This document shows, piece by piece, positions 24,761 through 27,337 of a stretch of DNA of 27,337 bases (its first letter is position 1; the number at the start of each line of letters is the position of its first letter). The position numbers and the translations under genes are program-made. Below the pieces are notes generated by a model. The model ran no database searches, was not told the origin of the DNA, and saw nothing but the letters and a program-made list of their open reading frames with translations. Source of the stretch: a virus (Duplodnaviria > Caudoviricetes); the IMG/VR virus record IMGVR_UViG_3300049021_000015, positions 1-27,337 of that record. One strand, given 5' to 3'.

Positions 24761-25060
24761 CCCTGTCACACCCACCCGGCAGCCGTCACACCCCCTGTCA
24801 CACCCCCCTGTGACGCCCATCGCCGCAGGTCAGGTGCCCCTGTCACAGGCGTCGCGGGGTGTCACACCCCTAAACGGCTGGGGGCGTCATACACACACCC
24901 ACTACTCCTCTCTTTTGTTCTCCCGCGCATACACTCTTGGAGTTAGGGGTGTGACGGGGTGTGACACGGCCTCTGACCTGCATAAAGACCGTCGCACCCC
25001 CCCTGTGACAGGGGGTGTGACACCCCCGTGACAGGGGTGTGACAGGCACGCTCAGTCACC
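24761..25060. repeat. Iteron-like GTCACA/TGTGAC array, probable replication origin
   Basis: About 12 copies, mostly GTCACA on the left and TGTGAC on the right of an AT-richer core; located downstream of the primase-helicase. Confidence 0.7.
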
Positions 25061-25092
25061 AAGAATCACCCTCTGTAGCCATCTTGGGGCAT

Positions 25093-25121
25093 GAAGAAGC
25101 CCCCACCGAAGCGGGGGCTTC
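25093..25121 (-). terminator. Terminator of the replication operon
   Basis: Minus strand GAAGCCCCCGC-TTCG-GTGGGGGCTTC-TTC directly after 25132..25410. Confidence 0.75.
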
Positions 25122-25131
25122 GTCCGACGGG

Positions 25132-25410
25132 CTACCTGCTGCCCATCGCCTTGTATGCCGCGATCAGCTCTTTCTGATGCAGTCGACGTCCCGCGTCCTG
25201 GCGAGCAGCGTGAATCCGCATCTGAGGGGCGTGTTCACGCGGCGGGAGACCCAGGGCAGCCCTCTTGCGGTCGTACACCGCCAGCCTGGCGTTCTTCCTG
25301 GGGGCATCGCACTCTTCGCCCGGCTGCGCCTTGCATCGAACGCAGTGCAGCCTCATGGCGTACTCGTACGTCGAGTACACCGGCACCTGGGGGTCGTCGC
25401 CCTGGCTCAC
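25132..25410 (-). CDS. Small zinc-finger protein (CxxCxAxPGxxC...HxxR)
   Basis: CVRCKAQPGEEC...IHAARQ; GTGA coupling to the helicase stop. Confidence 0.75.
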   Translation of the reverse strand: MSQGDDPQVPVYSTYEYAMRLHCVRCKAQPGEECDAPRKNARLAVYDRKRAALGLPPREHAPQMRIHAARQDAGRRLHQKELIAAYKAMGSR

Positions 25411-27337
25411 TTGCTCTCCTCGGTGGTGTTGATCGTCATCTGGATGTTGCCGTTGGACTGGGTGGCGGGGACGACCATCCCCTCCTCAGTGGCGAGCGTG
25501 ATGCCCGTGTAGACGCGCATGACCTTGCCGTTGATCCGCTTCTGTCCCTGGGCGATGCCGGGGAAGGCCGCGTAGAGGTCCGTGGCGAACTGGGCGGTGG
25601 TCCCGACGGCCTGCACGTTGTTGACCATGCACCAGCTCTTCCAGGCGGCGAACAGGCTGTCCTTGAGGATCCACTGCCCCTCGCCGCGTACGGCCTGCTC
25701 GTCGACGAACGCCTTGATGGGGGAGGCGTTGTCCCGCTGGGTCTGGAGCGTCTCCATGGCCGAGCCGGGCTGGACGAACCGCCCACGCTCGGTGAGCCGC
25801 TTCAGGCCCTCCAGGGCCCAGTTGAAGATGCCGGGCAGCTCGGTGGTGAGCCGGGCCTCCAGGGTCTCGTCCTCGCGGCCCTCGAAGCTCTGGGTGAACT
25901 GCACGGTGATCCACCGGCTGACGATGGCGCCGGAGACGTCGGAGAACTTCGGGGGCTTGTTGGCGAGGATCATGACGCGGGCGCCGAGCCGTCCCACCCA
26001 TTCTGTGCGGTTCTTGCGGTCGATGGTGATCGAGTCTTCGCCGGTGATCATGAGGAGGCGGGTGACGATGGCGGCGTTGTTGCGGTTCTCCATGTGGGCG
26101 TCGCCGACGACGCACAGGCTCTTGCCGACGAGTCCGGCGAGGCCGAACTGCCGCCCGATGTCGCCGAGCGTGGTGCCGGTGGAGTTCTCCTTGCCGATCA
26201 GCTTCTCCAGGATCCGCGCCACGGTGCCCTTACCGGCACGGGGCGGGCCGATGAGCTGGATGCCCTTCTGGAGGTCGGTGCGGCCCGAGAGGACGTACCC
26301 GGCCCACTCCTGGATGGCCTGGATGGACTCGGCGTCATCGCCGAAGACGAGCTTCAGGAAGCCCAGCCACTGCGGGCATTCGGCCTGGGGGTCGTAGGCG
26401 TACGGCACGGACGTGGTGGTGAAGTAGGCGGGGGTGTGTCCGGTGGTGACCCTGGTGAGGGGGTCGACGAGGGTGTTGCGGCAGGAGATGAGGCCCTTCT
26501 TGCCCGCGCACCCGAGCCAGGATCCGGTCTCCACGCTCTCGTCGAGGTGGGTGACGGCGGAGATGGCGTCGATAAGGTTGCCGATCTTCTTCTGGGTGGG
26601 GTTCCAGGGCTTGAAGAGGGGCTGACCCTTCTTGTCGGCGCCCTGGTAGACGGCGTGTTCCAGCTCCAGATAGAGGCGGGTCTTCAGGGCGGAGGCGCCG
26701 GTCTCGCGCCAGTGGGTCCCCGTCCACTGCATCCACGTCTCGCGCCAGTGGTAGAGGGTCTTGCCCTGGGGGGTGGTCCACAGGGGCTCCAGCTGGCGCG
26801 CGACCTTCATGGGGGCGTCGGGCTCGGCGTGTACGGGCGCGTGGTTGGTGGGGGCGTCCTCGTCGCGGGGCTCCGGGATCTCGACGGTGTCGTTCATGTC
26901 CTGCCCCTTCTGGGCCGTCGAGTTACCGCGAGTAACCCACTGGTATGCCTTGATCGCCTTCCGGCGGGCGCTCGCCACGGTGCCTCGGACCATGGACTCG
27001 TCGTTGTCGGCGTGGAGCCCGGCCTGGGTGAAGATGAACTCGACCTCGTCGTGGTCGATCTGGCCCGCGTTGGCGTACTCGAACGCCTTGACGGCGTTCT
27101 GGAAGAGGACGTTGTTCCGGTGGCCCTGGGGCGCCATGGCCGCCTCGTCGGCGAGCTGGGTGACCCGGTCCTGTACGCCTACCGAGGTCGCGCCTGTGCC
27201 GCCCGTGTACGGCCGGGGGGCGGGCGCCGTGGCCTTCTTGCGCTCGATCTCCTCGACGACCCACATGGGCAGCTCGGGGATCTCCTGCCAGGGGTCGTTC
27301 AGCCACACGTACTGGCCCTTGACCATGGCGGGTCGGC
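25407..27337 (-). CDS. Primase/helicase, P4/D5-like SF3 helicase (5'-truncated at the window edge)
   Basis: Walker A GPPRAGKGT, Walker B LCVVGD, motif C ILANK, GHTPAYFTT...YDPQAECPQW, PriCT-like GHRNNVLF; frame open to the window edge. Confidence 0.93.
   Translation of the reverse strand, partial: RPAMVKGQYVWLNDPWQEIPELPMWVVEEIERKKATAPAPRPYTGGTGATSVGVQDRVTQLADEAAMAPQGHRNNVLFQNAVKAFEYANAGQIDHDEVEFIFTQAGLHADNDESMVRGTVASARRKAIKAYQWVTRGNSTAQKGQDMNDTVEIPEPRDEDAPTNHAPVHAEPDAPMKVARQLEPLWTTPQGKTLYHWRETWMQWTGTHWRETGASALKTRLYLELEHAVYQGADKKGQPLFKPWNPTQKKIGNLIDAISAVTHLDESVETGSWLGCAGKKGLISCRNTLVDPLTRVTTGHTPAYFTTTSVPYAYDPQAECPQWLGFLKLVFGDDAESIQAIQEWAGYVLSGRTDLQKGIQLIGPPRAGKGTVARILEKLIGKENSTGTTLGDIGRQFGLAGLVGKSLCVVGDAHMENRNNAAIVTRLLMITGEDSITIDRKNRTEWVGRLGARVMILANKPPKFSDVSGAIVSRWITVQFTQSFEGREDETLEARLTTELPGIFNWALEGLKRLTERGRFVQPGSAMETLQTQRDNASPIKAFVDEQAVRGEGQWILKDSLFAAWKSWCMVNNVQAVGTTAQFATDLYAAFPGIAQGQKRINGKVMRVYTGITLATEEGMVVPATQSNGNIQMTINTTEESK

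Larger units (their letters stand above)
1..27337 (-). mobile_element. Near-complete actinobacterial (Streptomyces-like) siphovirus genome, probably circular (candidate phage-plasmid)
   Basis: Co-oriented replication, packaging, head, tail and lysis modules fill the window. No host genes. The primase gene appears split across the two window ends. Confidence 0.9.

Noticed and set aside
24573-25031. 152-aa + strand ORF with VTP repeats
   Set aside because: Simply the translation of the GTCACACCC DNA repeats; no RBS, and it lies over the putative ori
723-26625. Many long + strand ORFs (e.g. 2661..4961, 5824..7947, 13184..14968, 15414..16985, 16975..18423)
   Set aside because: Antisense shadows of real high-GC minus-strand genes; no recognisable motifs
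2593-27306. Alternative-frame minus-strand ORFs rich in Arg/Pro/Gly (e.g. 2593..4440, 17540..18076, 21529..22350, 25486..26115)
   Set aside because: Off-frame products of GC3 bias that overlap better-supported genes
1-27337. tRNA, rRNA, IS elements, reverse transcriptase/DGR, known defence systems
   Set aside because: None recognisable by eye; not excluded without covariance-model and HMM searches

Overview
The window is a near-complete, compact genome of a high-GC actinobacterial (Streptomyces-like) siphovirus, with all credible genes on the minus strand. Reading right to left in transcription order: C-terminal part of a primase/SF3 (D5/P4-like) helicase, a zinc-finger gene, an iteron-like inverted-repeat array (probable ori), a palindrome-rich control region, a Xer-family tyrosine recombinase, a small-gene early operon, a membrane/Spd-like cluster, TerS-TerL-portal-ClpP-HK97 capsid, neck and tail genes (two paralogous tube-like genes, a frameshifted chaperone, a 683-aa tape measure), and lysis genes. 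Bases 1-401 encode an un-called N-terminal Prim-Pol segment, apparently the start of the primase-helicase cut at the right edge, so the element looks circular and only slightly longer than the window. No host genes, att boundary, recognisable CI repressor or ParAB were seen. Instead there is a predicted ~120-nt antisense RNA over the replicase RBS, a dif-like 7-6-7 site inside the recombinase's own promoter, and repeated DNA motifs. The best overall hypothesis, which is inference, is a small phage-plasmid with antisense copy control, multimer resolution and possible hyphal spread genes. All functional calls come from motif recognition; no database searches were run.
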